Source: Octopus sinensis (Eukaryota). Taken from it: 64,000 nt of DNA. Of this stretch, positions 12,171 to 25,471 are shown one piece after another. The position numbers and the translations under genes were made by a program. Under the pieces are notes generated by a model. It was not told the origin of the DNA and did no database searches. It saw nothing but the letters and a program-made list of their open reading frames with translations. Each line of letters starts with the position of its first letter. The first letter of the stretch is position 1. Location of the stretch: the NCBI RefSeq assembly GCF_006345805.1, contig NC_043002.1:119722001-119786000 (forward strand), in the 5' to 3' direction.

Positions 12171-13423
12171 TCCTTTTGAATCTGTACATATCTACAGACA
12201 AGTCGTTAATGCTTAAAAGCACAGGCTTTCCATTGCATGCATTGATTACGCTTGTCGCTTTTCATGGAAACATTTGGTATACAACAACTTGTATGTTCTT
12301 TGTATATTCTTCTAAGAAAAAAAGGAAGAAATGATTCTCTATATTCGTCTTTTTATTAATCTTCTCGTAGATAGGGTTGTCTCAGACGTTAAATAAACGA
12401 TAAGCAACTTCTTCACTCTACATTTATACTCAAGCAAATGGTAAAATTCCTCAAAATTCATCCAACCATAATGTAAAATATTGCAACTGGAGTAATTAAG
12501 TGAGTTTCTGTTTCATCTTCATGCGGTACATATTTCAAAAAAACACCGTTTTTTGTAAGGAGGAACAACCTGGAAGCGTCTCCAGTGAGAAAATAATATC
12601 CGTCGAGGACACCGACATAACAGGGACCAAATTAGAAAATGAAAAAAAAAAGGATTCTGATTTAATCCTCCAGATGATTTTTATATCTCCACGAACATAC
12701 GTAGGAACTTTCTAAATTTAGTTCGGTAACACCATTGACACACATATAAAATAAAATTTCAGCTGCTTTAGGCGCTTCACGCTTGACAGTATTACTTTCC
12801 AGATCCCATATAACAACAATAAACGCACAGAGACAGAGGGCACCACCCTAGCTTGTAACAATCGGGATTTTACTACCGGTCCTGTTAGAGTATTTTGTCT
12901 TCCTTAATCACTTATATTGTCAGTATCTATAATACTCCAGTACGGTATTCAAAAGCATAAACAAATGCATCGTTTTGTTTATAAACGGGAATGTAACAGT
13001 TCAATAGAAAGCACTGAAATAAATTTCCCGTTGAAATAAGTTTGGCTTGTTCTGATTCATTCACCAAATACTGCCCATTGATCGCAAGTATACCTTACCT
13101 ACGTGAAATTTCGAGTAACATTTGAGTTAATACCAATCTAATTTTTTTTATATATGTGTACGTATATATGTGTGAGGGAGTGTGAGTTCATGTTTACTCT
13201 GTAAACTGGTTGGTCGAGATGCATCGCTTTGCTTATCAAAGGGAACTTAGCGATTCAATAGAAAGCGATATAATAACTTCCCCATTGAAATAACTTTCGA
13301 ATCGATATGACCGACTTAAAAACTGTCCTCTGGCACGGTTGCAGTTAAGTGTTAGAAACATGCAACGAAATGCGAAAATCAGTTATATATTTAGTCAGTA
13401 TCTATAATATCTATAATATAATA

Positions 13424-13594
13424 GGCGCAGGAGTGGCTGTGTGGTAAGTAGCTTGCTAACCAACCACATGGTTCCGGGTTCAGTCCCACTGCGTGGCATC
13501 TTGGGCAAGTGTCTTCTGCTATAGCCTCGGGCCGACCAAAGCCTTGTGAGTGGATTTGGTAGACGGAAACTGAAAGAAACCTGTCGTATATATG

Positions 13595-13627
<33 letters not shown>

Positions 13628-13843
13628 ATGTGTGTGTGTGTGTGTGTTTGTCCCCCTAGCATTGCTTGACAACCGATGCTGGTGTGTTTACGTCCCCATA
13701 ACTTAGCGGTTCGGCAAAATAGATCGATAGAATAAGTACTGGGCTTACAAAGAATAAGTCCCGGGGTCGATTTGCTCGACTAAAGGCGGTGCTCCAGCAT
13801 GGCCGCAGTCAAATGAGTGAAACAAGTAAAAGAGAAAAGAGAA
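13424..13843 (+). mobile_element. SINE-A full length with internal (TA)n(TG)n
   Basis: tRNA-like head (tggctgtgtgg, ggttcagtccc), cttgggcaagt core-like segment, internal microsatellite and conserved tail. Confidence 0.92.
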
Positions 13844-15175
13844 ATAATCTTGTACGATATCCACGTAATTTACACTACGCTGCATTGACTATCAATATTT
13901 TCAAACGTAGTTACTGCCAGCATTAATAATCATTTACACCAGGTAAGATGGAAAATCTCCACATCCACGACGCATTTCTTCTTAAAACCGAAAAGCCAAG
14001 GTTGCTAAGGCGCCCTAATTTCAGATTTCACCTAATGAAATGTTGCAAATATTAAAAGTCTCCTCCATGGCATGGCTGCATTTCAATGTTAGAAACTTGT
14101 TGCAGAATGTGAAAATATCTGTAGTGTATCTTTTATGCATTTCCTTCTTTTAGCATGCTTATGTGTGTATATTGGAGTTAAAAACCACTTTAAAACAAGA
14201 ATGCAATAAAAATGACAAGAACTTATGTCAGGCTTGAGATATCACTGTGTATATTTGTATTTAGTTTGTTTCAATATTTGTCTTAAAATGGCTTATATGA
14301 GCCGAAGCTATCACTCATGTGTATCTATGCTAACATTAACAATCTTTTTATAAGTTCAGATGTTTGTTATATAATTTAAAGTCTTACTCCGTGACAACAT
14401 CTATATCTTTAACATTTATATAGCAGTAATAACAGTCCTTCATACGTTTAGTTTTAAAATAACAAAGAACATCAAAACAAGCGTTGAAAATGTACCTGAA
14501 GTAAACTATTTAATGAAATAGTTATTTTAAGCAACATTTCGTTTGATGCCAGCTAATTAATTTATCTCATGAAAGCTTTCACAGATAGTGTGACCTTCTC
14601 AACTATTTGTAATTGAAGACTCGAGTTTTAAACCAGATAAGAGTAGCGAAACAGTGGACAAGGTTCAGAACAATTAATTTTATTTAGATTTAGAGATTAA
14701 GCCAGATTGAATTATCGAACATCTTTGACGTCTGCTAAACAACTCGGAAGAGACTAACGTTATTTGTAAAATATTTTTGTTTTACCATTTCATTTCTAAT
14801 CAACGTCCGGTTGGGTTTTATCAATACCTGCTATATTTGTGCCTATTTTGTTAAAAGACTTATTTTCATTTTGTGGAGATAAAATTTATAAAGATATGAA
14901 TCAATAGGTTTAATTCATGATTATGCACTTACTGTCTTTGAAGCGGGGAAAATAGCACAATCAAAACAAGCACCTTTGTTAAACGTCCTTCTTAAATATT
15001 TTCAATGATAATGTGTTGGAGACACTTTTGAAGAATAAAGATAATTGTAGCGTGTTTAGAATAATGAAATCTCTACTATTAAAGCGTAACAGATATGGAA
15101 TTTCTGTTAAATAAGTCACTTTTTAAATTGCTGTTCATTCCATCTCAGGTGAAATGATGTGAACATACATGTGAA

Positions 15176-15508
15176 GGCGCATGGCTCAGTGGTTAGAGCG
15201 TCGAGCTTACGATCGTGAGGTTGTGAGCTCGAATCCCGGACCGGGCTGCGTGTTGTGTTCTTGAGCAAGGCACTTTATTTCACGTTGCTCCAGTTTACTC
15301 AGCTGTAGAAATGAGTTGCGACGTCACTGGTGCCAAGCTGTATCGACCTTTGTCTTTCCCTTGGATAACATCAGTGGCGTGGAGAGGGGAGGCTGGTATG
15401 CATGGGCGACTGCTGGTCTTCCATAAACAACCTCGCCCGGACTTGTGTCTAGGAGGGTAACTTTCTAGGTGCAATCCCATGGTCTGTGTCGTGACCGAAG
15501 GGGGTCTC
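15176..15508 (+). mobile_element. SINE-C full length
   Basis: A box tggctcagtgg and B box-like gctcgaatccc. Closely matches 61828-62171. Confidence 0.9.
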
Positions 15509-15895
15509 CGAACATGTGTAATGCACCAATAAATATAGGGGCAACTGAATGATTTAAGGACTGCAGGAGTTTGCTAATAAACTTATCGTTAGGCAGCTTA
15601 GGGTGCAAGTTTGTGTTTTACTAGGGTAACTATAGAGGAAAAAATTTTAATCATTCTACCTTTCTGTAAAATCTACAAAGATTGCACCCTCTTCTTGGAG
15701 CTTGGCATTTTAAGAAATCTGGTGTTGCATATTTCAGAAGGGGGTTTGATTAATATTTCATTACGTCATATGGTTTGTATTAACTCACTTTGATGCTGAT
15801 ATTTTTCTGCTCTCGCGATAAGAGAAGTTCTCATGAAATATTTTCTCTGTGTATAGTTGAAATAATTAAATGGGCTGCAGCTCATTTATAAATAA

Positions 15896-16296
15896 CTAGC
15901 AGTATCGCCCGGCGTTGCTCGGGTTTGTAAGGGAAATAACTATATAAGCATTTTTAGAGAGTTATAGCCAAAAAATAGCAAAAAAATGCATTAAAAATGG
16001 AAAAAAAAATGATGGTAATTTTTTTAAAAAATCGTTGACTCATCGTAGACATTTTTAGAGAGTTACTTCCCTTATATAATAGCGAAAAAAATGCATTAAA
16101 ATGGAAAAAATGATGGTAATTTTTTTTTAAATCGTAGATTCATCGTAGACGCGCGCTAATACCCAGAAGGGCTCGATATGAATCACGACTATAAGATACC
16201 CGGTTTTGGTGAAACTGCACCGCAAAATGAGGGAGTAGTTAGGAATCTAAATCGTAGGAGACAGACACACAACTTCACTTTTATATATAAAGAAGA
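15896..16296 (-). mobile_element. Non-autonomous Helitron H1
   Basis: Reverse complement of 3194-3619 with hairpin+CTAG end and TC start. Confidence 0.85.
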
Positions 16297-17399
16297 TTAT
16301 TATAAGCCCCCAAAAGATGTAGTTATTTTGTAGTCTCATTATTGTGTATCATATCTACGCGAATTAAAGTGTACATATATGCAATATATTTGTCATTGAC
16401 AGTATGTATTAGCTACCACTCATGTTTTTTGCTGTTGTTGGCTAACTAGATATCAGCTTTGATCAAAGGTACCCATGATCGAAGGTATTCATCTGTAAGC
16501 ATTTCTTTTCTATTCTCTCATTTAAGGGAAATTTGTCCGCTATTTCTGGCGCTGTTAGCATTCTTTCTAGTTTTAACTGACTTATAGTTTTATCGGTAAC
16601 CTTAATCGTTGTCGGTCAAAATGTTTCAATTTGTTGTTTAACCATAAGTAACCGGTGAACAAATTGACCAATCATAAAAATCATTCCAGCTGTAGCTAAC
16701 CTTTTCTATGCTGTGGCGTATTGTACCCCAGACTGTATCTAATCTTCCCTGCGTGTTATTGGAGGGGATTTAAGTAGTATTGTCTGTTGATCATGCGATA
16801 AGAACGAGGCTTCTTTGTTCTCTCATGCTGCTATATCCCTAAATGTATTTGTTTAGTACTTAATTGATCGGGATCGATCTAGCTTGTGATGGAATACGGT
16901 CCAGCTGAGGCAGTCTAATCACGTTTTGGGGTTATCCATTTTAAGTCAGGAAAATGAGATTTAAAAGAGATTTAACCTCCTTTCAATTATGCCGATTGAC
17001 TACCAGGAGGAATTTGTGTCGGCTTGAAGTTTTGTGGGTGGTAAATGTGTTGTTTCTGCTATTAAACACTAGCTGTTATATCAAAAACATTATTTCTTTT
17101 GATAAAATGTATTATCCAGCTTGTAATTGTCGCGACATAAATTAAGCACAATCACTTCCGTAATGACATCTATGGGGATAAGCATAGTTTCCAGTAAAAA
17201 GCAATACTTGCATTAGTTGATATTGTCAGGGCAGTCTTACACAACATTTGTTGACTGTAGGCATTGTAATGCATGCTATTCAAGGTATATCTAATCCTAT
17301 TTAATGTAAGGGAAGAAACGTGTGATGTATTTATCAAATTCCATCCCTTCATCTTCTCCGACCACAATTCCAGGGTGGAATGTAGGGGAAGAATGTTCA

Positions 17400-17905
17400 A
17401 GACCCATCTCCATTAGGGGATTGCTATTAGGAGCAATCATAAGCGTGGTCAACTTAAACTATCGAGATAACCCAAACCTCCCTTGCTCTACCTCAAAATA
17501 TCGTGCCGCTTGGCTCAGTTTCAAGAATCCACCTTGTTCCTGGAACATTGTAATGGCGTGTCCATCATATTGAAGTTGTGACCGCGCAATACGGAGAAGT
17601 AGCGTCTCGATCCCTGATCTCCAACCTATCCACCCTGTCATCGTTACTCTAGAAGACTTCAGAACATCTATTTCGGTCACTTATATTCGCAACCGTATTC
17701 TTTAGGTCATGGGTCATGACTCAACATTCATGACCATAGCTGAGGTTTGGCACGAAAACTGCGTGTCTGGATTGTTTGCTAACTCTTCTGAAGACCGAAT
17801 ACTGGAACAGTACCAGCTGCAAATCTAGCATCCAAATCCGGCCTCTTACCTTCCAACTCTCGTGATACTTAAACTTCTCCACCTGTAATAAATATGGTAT
17901 TTTTT
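17400..17905 (-). mobile_element. RTE-clade LINE fragment (post-RT region)
   Basis: QVEKFKY...VFVPNLSYGHEC...LLLRIARSQLQYDGH...RFG motifs in ORFs 17721-17954 and 17459-17680. Confidence 0.65.
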
Positions 17906-18465
17906 TAGATGCAAGGCTAAACATTTGTGGATAGAAAACAATTGATAAAATCACACAGTCATAGACAGGGAGTTTATTGTAATAAAATATGCAGATGAGG
18001 TCACTAAACAGTAACAGGCATTTTGTTCGATGTACCAGTCTTAGTAAATGTACTATCGAAGTTAAATTTCTAGCATAACGCTACTCTTTGAATGTGAAAT
18101 ACTATAGATAAGGGAAATAGCCACACAATATTATTAGTATTCTATTAATATTTCGAAAGGGATAGAAAACTCATCTTCGCGTGCATTTAAATTTATAACG
18201 CTACTCTATCATTCTCGTAGTCTTTCAACCGTAGGAATGGGTGAAGTAATCAGCATGTTTTATAACCTGCTAAAAGCAGCCACAGGATTTTTGACAAAGT
18301 ATCTTTACCGTGTGGAAAAGGAAAGAAATATATCAGATAAAGTAGTCTGAGAGAAGAAAAAAACAAAGAAGACAATCGTAGTTCAAACGCTTGGATCATA
18401 GGTTATATATGCCCTGATTGATTTGAAGCTAAAAATGAAAGGTGAGGAAGAAGAAAAAAGTAGTT

Positions 18466-18643
<178 letters not shown>

Positions 18644-19339
18644 TAAGCAGAAGAAAAAGAATAACAAAAACAGGTTTAAGGAACCAGAACAAGAAAGATA
18701 TGTAAATACCAATGACAAAAATAGCAGCAAGCCAGTTCCAAGGGTGCCGACATAAACAAGAATTGTTTGTACCCCTGTTAGTTTAAAATATATATATTAC
18801 CATTCATCACACCTCATATATGATACTAGCAACAACGAAGTTTATTTTTAACTAAACACACATTTAGTATATTTTAAGCTTTAAGTTTTTCAAACATCAT
18901 ATTTACAGTTTTGCAAAGACCATCAGTCGGGTATATGAAACTGAGATGGCTTTTATCATGAATTGAAATTGTATTTTAGTTTGAGTTAACTATTATGGGG
19001 CACCCAATAACAAGTGGACAGTAAGATATTTTCTAGCGCATTCAGATATGCTTTGATTTTGTATTGTGTTCATAGTTTGGTTATAGGAACACTTTGATTT
19101 TTGACCTTAGTAATTGTTACTCTCTAAGGACACTCCAACAGTTATAGCTGAGATTAAACAAATATAAGGTCATCAAATGAAAACTTAGCTCTAAGGAAGC
19201 GATCAACGTTCTCAGACATGCGGAGCCGTCATAAACTTGATATTTCAGGAAAGTTATAAAACTGTTCTATTACGAAAAGACATAAAACATCTCTCCCTGT
19301 CACACTGTGATGTTTGTGGTACTAAGGTGAATGATATAT

Positions 19340-19393
<54 letters not shown>

Positions 19394-19825
19394 ATATATA
19401 TATAAGCATAAACACACACATACGTACATTTAAACGCATATGTATACATACAAACCACACAAACACAGGCATACACATACAACACATTCAGTGATTGGCT
19501 GAAAAAAAATTGATTAATGATTAGATACGAAAACTCATAATAATGAATAAAAACTATGACTATTCGTAATATATATTTATTAGAATGTGTGACTGTGTGA
19601 ATTTATGTGAGTGCACATTCGCGTATGTGCAGGGGAGACACATACCGATAAAGAAAGAGGGAGAGAGAAAGAGAGAGAGAATAGATGTGGAAAGGGGGCG
19701 AGTTAAATTGTTCGGAAAATACGAATGGTAAGGATAGGGGTTATAGAACTCTGAAATGAAAAAGAAAACGTTGGAGATGATTACACACACACACACACAC
19801 ACGCACACACACACATATATATATA

Positions 19826-19968
19826 TGGGAGCCGGCATGGATGTGTGGTGAAGATCTTTTTTCCAATCACATGATTCCGGGTTTAGTTCTAATGCATGGG
19901 CCCTTGCGGAGGTGTCTTCTACTACCAGGCAGATCAAAGCCATGTAAGTGGATGCGGTAGATGGAGCG
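19826..19968 (+). mobile_element. Degenerate SINE-A 5' part
   Basis: ggatgtgtggtgaag...ccgggtttagttct...gtggatgcggtagatgga is similar to the SINE-A head. Confidence 0.6.
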
Positions 19969-19976
19969 TTTATATA

Positions 19977-20019
<43 letters not shown>

Positions 20020-20139
20020 ATAATTAAGGGTATCTAAAAGATACCACCATGCTTGATTCTAAAATCTCATTAAATGTTCATACACCACCAGGAGAGAAGA
20101 CAATGAGACAAAATAATCTAACAAAAAATTATTGGATAA

Positions 20140-20195
20140 TTCCAGATCCCGGATTTCTGATTTTGCATAAGAAATGCGTCGCCTCCTCAGTAGAA
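20140..20195 (-). ncRNA. Degenerate type I hammerhead motif (family P7)
   Basis: ttcta CTGAGGA ggcgac-gcat ttctt atgc-aaaatca GAAA t ccggg a TC tggaa. Stem I is 5 bp and the triplet is AUC, but the base of stem II is unpaired. Confidence 0.45.
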
Positions 20196-20340
20196 TACAC
20201 GCAAAATAGTACATAAATACAAATATATATATACAACATACGAATACTTACATATACGCACGTATACATACATACATATATATATATATATATGCACAGC
20301 CACTTAATATGATCGGTATTTTAAATAACGATCTTATCCT

Positions 20341-20387
<47 letters not shown>

Positions 20388-20562
20388 ATAAATATTAGGG
20401 AATAAATCCAAATTTACAGGGAAAAAATCAGATTTAGGATTAAATCCAATTTTATAGTAAAATATTATAAAATATTATTAGAGACAAAACCACTATTTTG
20501 CAAAACAAACAAGGAAAGACTTAATCAATACATAAAATTTTAATAAATAGTCAAAAAAACCG

Positions 20563-20605
20563 CCACTACAATCGTTTCTTGTCTTGATCGACAATCTTCA
20601 GGTGG
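20563..20605 (-). ncRNA. Minimal type I hammerhead ribozyme (P1, left arm)
   Basis: ccac CTGAAGA ttgtc gatcaa gacaa GAAAC gatt GTA gtgg. The core is intact and all three stems pair. Confidence 0.85.
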
Positions 20606-23511
20606 ACTTCCAATCTAAAAAATCAATATTTTAAAATATAAAAATAATAATTTTAAAATAATTAAAGTATGAATGAAAAAATATAAGTATATAATCCATA
20701 TATAACCTATATATAATCCATATATAATCAATATATAAACAATATATAAACTAAAAAAAAAAAAAAACCTATCAACAATTAAATATAAATATAAACTATA
20801 AAATATAAAATATAAAATATAAAATATAAAATATAAAACAAAACAAAAACAAAAAAATAATAATAATATAATAATAAACTATATATACACCCATACACAT
20901 ATACCTAATTATATATAACCATATCTAACTACATACACTAAATCACACACCTATATATATATCCCTATACATACACATAAAAACGTCTAGGCAACTATAA
21001 ATAAAAAAAATAGCTAAATACTTCAACACAATACTTATTCATACTCCCACACACACACACACACATACAACCCACATTCACGCTCTAGAAAACGGACATC
21101 ACTCAAAACTATGAACAGAGAAATGGAATAAATGGAATTAAAATTATATTCAGTTGGTAAAAACGAACACTACTTAAAAATTATGAATGAAACAATGCAA
21201 TAAAACAACATACATCGCAAATAGACACAAATTACTACAAATTCCTTAACAAACCTATCATGATAAACCAAAAACTCATAAAAACATATAATGATAAAAT
21301 CTCCTTTACTAAACTCTATAACAAACCTATATAGCAATCCCCCTAACCTAAACATTCACACACAAATACACACACGTAAACCACACACCCACGACATATA
21401 CAAATACCCACACCACTTACACATACCAATACATACATATAAACCTCAACATATACTCCAAAAACCCACTCAACCCCACACAGACAAATAAACACAAAAA
21501 TATGAATGGATTCTTTTATAAAACTACCATGATAAGCTAAAACTCACAAAACAGAAATGATAAAACCTCCCTTTACTAAACACTATAACATACTATATAG
21601 CAATCTTTAACCTATACATTCACACACAAAAACACACACGTAAACCACACACCCATAACAATACAAACACCCACCCCACTCACACACACCCACAAGTACA
21701 TATAGCCTCAACATATACACCAAACAAAATTACTTTACCAAGGAACTTAACATATGTATAAAAAGTATAACCGCTCTGGAAACGAACATCTCTAAATAAT
21801 AAATGGAGAAATGGAAATAATGGAATTAAAAATAATATTCACGTGGCAAACGAACACCACTCAAAATTTTGAATGAAACAATGTAATAAAACAACCAACA
21901 TCGAAAATAGACAAATTACCACGAATTTCCTAAAAAAAACCATGATAAACCAAAACTCTTATAAACATATAACGATAAAATCTCCCTTGCTACTCTATAA
22001 CAAACCTATATAATAACCCCTAACCTAAACATTCCTTGGTAAAGTAATTTTGTTTGGTGTATATGTTGAGGCTTATATGTACTTGGGGTGTGGGAGTGGG
22101 GTGGGTGTTTGTATGTGTTGGGTGTGTGGTTTACGTGTGTGTTTTTATCGTTATATGTTTTTAAGAGTTTTTTGTTTATCATGGTTTTTTTTAGGAAATT
22201 CGTGGTAATTTGTCTATTTTCGATGTTGGTTGTTTTATTACATTGTTTCATTCATAATTTTTGAGTGGTGTTCGTTTTGCCACGTGAATATTATTTTTAA
22301 TTCCATTTATTCCATTTCTCCATTCATTAATTTAGAGATGTTCGTTTCCAGAGCGGTTTACTTTTTATACATATGTTAAGTTCCTTGGTAAAGTAATTTG
22401 TGTGTGGTGTATATGTTGAGGCTTATATGTACTTGTGGGTGTGTGTGAGTGGGGTGGGTGTTTGTATTTGTTATGGGTGTGTGGTTTACGTGTGTGTTTT
22501 TTTTTTGTGTGTGAATGTATAGGTTAAAGGGATTGCTATATAAGTATGTTATAGTGTTTAGTAAAGGGAGGTTTTATCATTTCTGTTTTGTGAGTTTTAG
22601 TTTATCATGGTAGTTTTATAAAAGAATCCATTCATAATTTTTGTGTTTATTTGTCTGTGTGGGGTTGAGTGGGTTTTTGGAGTATATGTTGAGGTTTATA
22701 TGTATGTATTGGTATGTGTAAGTGGTGTGTTTATGTATATGTCGTGGGTGTGTGGTTTACGTGTGTGTATTTGTGTGTGAATGTTTAGGTTAGGGGGATT
22801 GCTATATCGGTTTGTTATAGAGTTTAGTAAAGGGAGATTTTATCATTATATGTTTTTATGAGTTTTTGGTTTATCATGATAGGTTTGTTAAGGAATTTGT
22901 AGTAATTTGTGTCTATTTGCGATGTATGTTGTTTTATTGCATTGTTTCATTCATAATTTTTAAGTAGTGTTCGTTTTTACCAAGTGAATATAATTTTAAT
23001 TCCATTTATTCCATTTCTCTGTTCATAGTTTTGAGTGATGTCCGTTTTCTAGAGCGTGAATGTGGGTTGTATGTGTGTGTGTGTGGGAGTATGAATAAGT
23101 ATTGTGTTGAAGTATTTAGCTATTTTTTTTATTTATAGTTGCCTAGACGTTTTTATGTGTATGTATAGGGATATATATATAGGTGTGTGATTTAGTGTAT
23201 GTAGTTAGATATGGTTATATATAATTAGGTATATGTGTATGGGTGTATATATAGTTTATTATTATATTATTATTATTTTTTGTTTTGTTTTATATTTTAT
23301 ATGTTATTTTATATTTTATATTTTATATTTTATATTTTATATTTAATTGTTGATAGGTTTTTTTAGTTTATATATTGTTTATATATTGATTATATATGGA
23401 TTATATATAGGTTATATATGGATTATATACTTATATTTTTTCATTCATACTTTAATTATTTTAAAATTATTATTTTTATATTTTAAAATATTGATTTTTT
23501 AGATTGGAAGT

Positions 23512-23554
23512 CCACCTGAAGATTGTCGATCAAGACAAGAAACGATTGTAGTGG
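23512..23554 (+). ncRNA. Minimal type I hammerhead ribozyme (P1, right arm)
   Basis: Identical motif. Predicted cleavage after GUA at 23550. Confidence 0.85.
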
Positions 23555-23638
23555 CGGTTTTTTTGACTATTTATTAAATTTTATGTATTGATTAAGTCTT
23601 TCCTTGTTTGTTTTGCAAAATAGTGGTTTTGTCTCTAA

Positions 23639-23700
<62 letters not shown>

Positions 23701-23732
23701 TGTATGTATGTATGTATGTGTATGTATGTATG

Positions 23733-23772
<40 letters not shown>

Positions 23773-23775
23773 ATA

Positions 23776-24498
23776 TGGGGACTGATCAATAAATACAGGG
23801 TAAAGCCGTTAGGTAAAGATTGACCTTCGACTCTGCTGTGCATGTGCACTAAGGGTTAACGTTCTAATGTGGCGAAGAGTGTATGAGTTGCACACAAATG
23901 TATGAGTGGTTCAGACGTTTCCAATATGGCCAAAAAATGTCGATATTGACGAACGTTCTGGATGTTATTCTCAATTCTGAGAGTAACATTGCAGATGTGC
24001 GTGTAGCTGTGAAGGAAAATCGTGGAATCACCACCCGTGAGTTATCAGAGGATGTACAGATTAGTTACGGTTCAGTTCAGTCCATTATCACTGAAGATTT
24101 GAGTATGAGACATGTGTTTGTCAAGTTTGTACTAAAACTGCTTTCAGCTGACTAAAAGGACACTCTAGTTTAAGTTGCGCAAGATCTCTTTGATAGTGTG
24201 AAGAACGATAAAAAATTTTGAAAATTTTGCGTAGGTTTCTGAGCTGATATCGCCAAGCCTTTGGCAAAATTTGATGCAGATTCTCTGCTCAACTTCCTCT
24301 GTCATTGTTCAATGCGACGAACACACGCTACACACGTCACTTCCAAGCCCTGCAGTAAACAGCAGAAGTAAGCTCGAACGTTAAACTTAGTCGCATGGAC
24401 TGCAGAGTTCATGATCAGTTTGTGCCAAGCGACTTCACTCTGCATGCTTTAGCTTCGTTACTATGTCAACACTCCGGATACTTATTGATGATACCACG
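23776..24498 (+). mobile_element. Internally deleted mariner (Tc1/mariner) relic
   Basis: ORF 23883-24155 resembles a mariner N-terminal HTH region (QMYEWFRRF...GITTRELSEDVQISYGSVQSIITEDL...KFVLKLL). Degenerate TIRs tcaataaatac / gatacttattga. Confidence 0.75.
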
Positions 24499-25244
24499 AG
24501 TGTGTGGTGTGTGTGTTTATGGTTGTCCCCACCACCGCTTCACAACCGGTGTTACCTCGTTTACCTTTCTGTAACTTTGCATTTCAGAGAAAATAGGACA
24601 GCAGAATAAATACCAGGCTTAGGACTAGGGTTGATTAATTCGAATAGAACCCTTCAAGGCGGTACCACAGCATAACCGCAATCTAGTGAGGGTAAAAAGG
24701 ATAATATCAATATATATTGAATTAGTGATAGTAAATTTCATTATTTAAAAAGTTATAAGAGGTGACTAAAATCTTTCAAAACAGCTTAACACGTTTGTAT
24801 TGAATTCGTATGGCTTAACATTGATTCGCTACACTTCGTGAGAGTGAGGGTATTGATATAAATTTGGGCATACTGCTGGTTCATTCAAAATATTAAAGTA
24901 GTTGAATTATAAAGAAAAGTCAGCAATCATTTAAGAAAAGCAGCTTTGTAAGAGACTTGCATATAACATGTGAAAGTAGAAAATCTGTTGCACCATCGGC
25001 ATTTTTCAGGAGGCACAACATATAACAGGCTCAAACACACACGCATATGCATGTGCGCATATAATATACATATGTACATTATATATCTGTGTATACATGT
25101 ATATATGTCTACGCACATGTGTGTGCGTGTGTAAATATATATATATATAGATAACGATAACAAATTAAGAGGAAATAAAAGAATCGAGACGGTAAATAAT
25201 ACAGAAATGTCATAATATAAAGATATAAACATATAGCTCAACAG

Positions 25245-25280
<36 letters not shown>

Positions 25281-25283
<3 letters not shown>

Positions 25284-25434
25284 GGAGTAAACACATAAAT
25301 GTGAAACAAGGTGGAAAAAGAGTACTCAAATACCAGTGGTAGAGTAATATGCTTTATTTAAAAGCAGAAAATTCAAGAAAACATGTTACTCAGAGTAACA
25401 GGTTTTGTTGAATTTTCTGCTGCTTTTAAATAAA

Positions 25435-25440
<6 letters not shown>
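25281..25440. mobile_element. Family P6 short foldback between (TA)n tracts
   Basis: ~25347-25440 is palindromic about ctcagag at ~25393. Homologous to 45832-46066. Confidence 0.75.

Positions 25441-25466
<26 letters not shown>

Positions 25467-25471
<5 letters not shown>

Larger units (their letters stand above)
20471..23645. mobile_element. 3.2-kb head-to-head inverted duplication of element P1 (PLE-associated, HHR-bearing)
   Basis: 22143-23645 is the reverse complement of 20471-21980. A ~110-bp inverted filler lies at 22034-22142. (TA)n occurs at both outer ends, about 85 bp away on the left. Third copy at 32223-34505. Confidence 0.9.

Noticed and set aside
15176-15250. tRNA genes at SINE heads (also 381, 13424, 43640, 61828)
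   Set aside because: A/B boxes are present, but there is no complete cloverleaf and each continues into a repeated SINE body.
20471-23645. Foldback DNA transposon / giant MITE interpretation
   Set aside because: The same sequence occurs un-inverted at 32223-34505, the centre is an asymmetric truncation junction, and the ends carry ribozymes. A retro-origin fits better.
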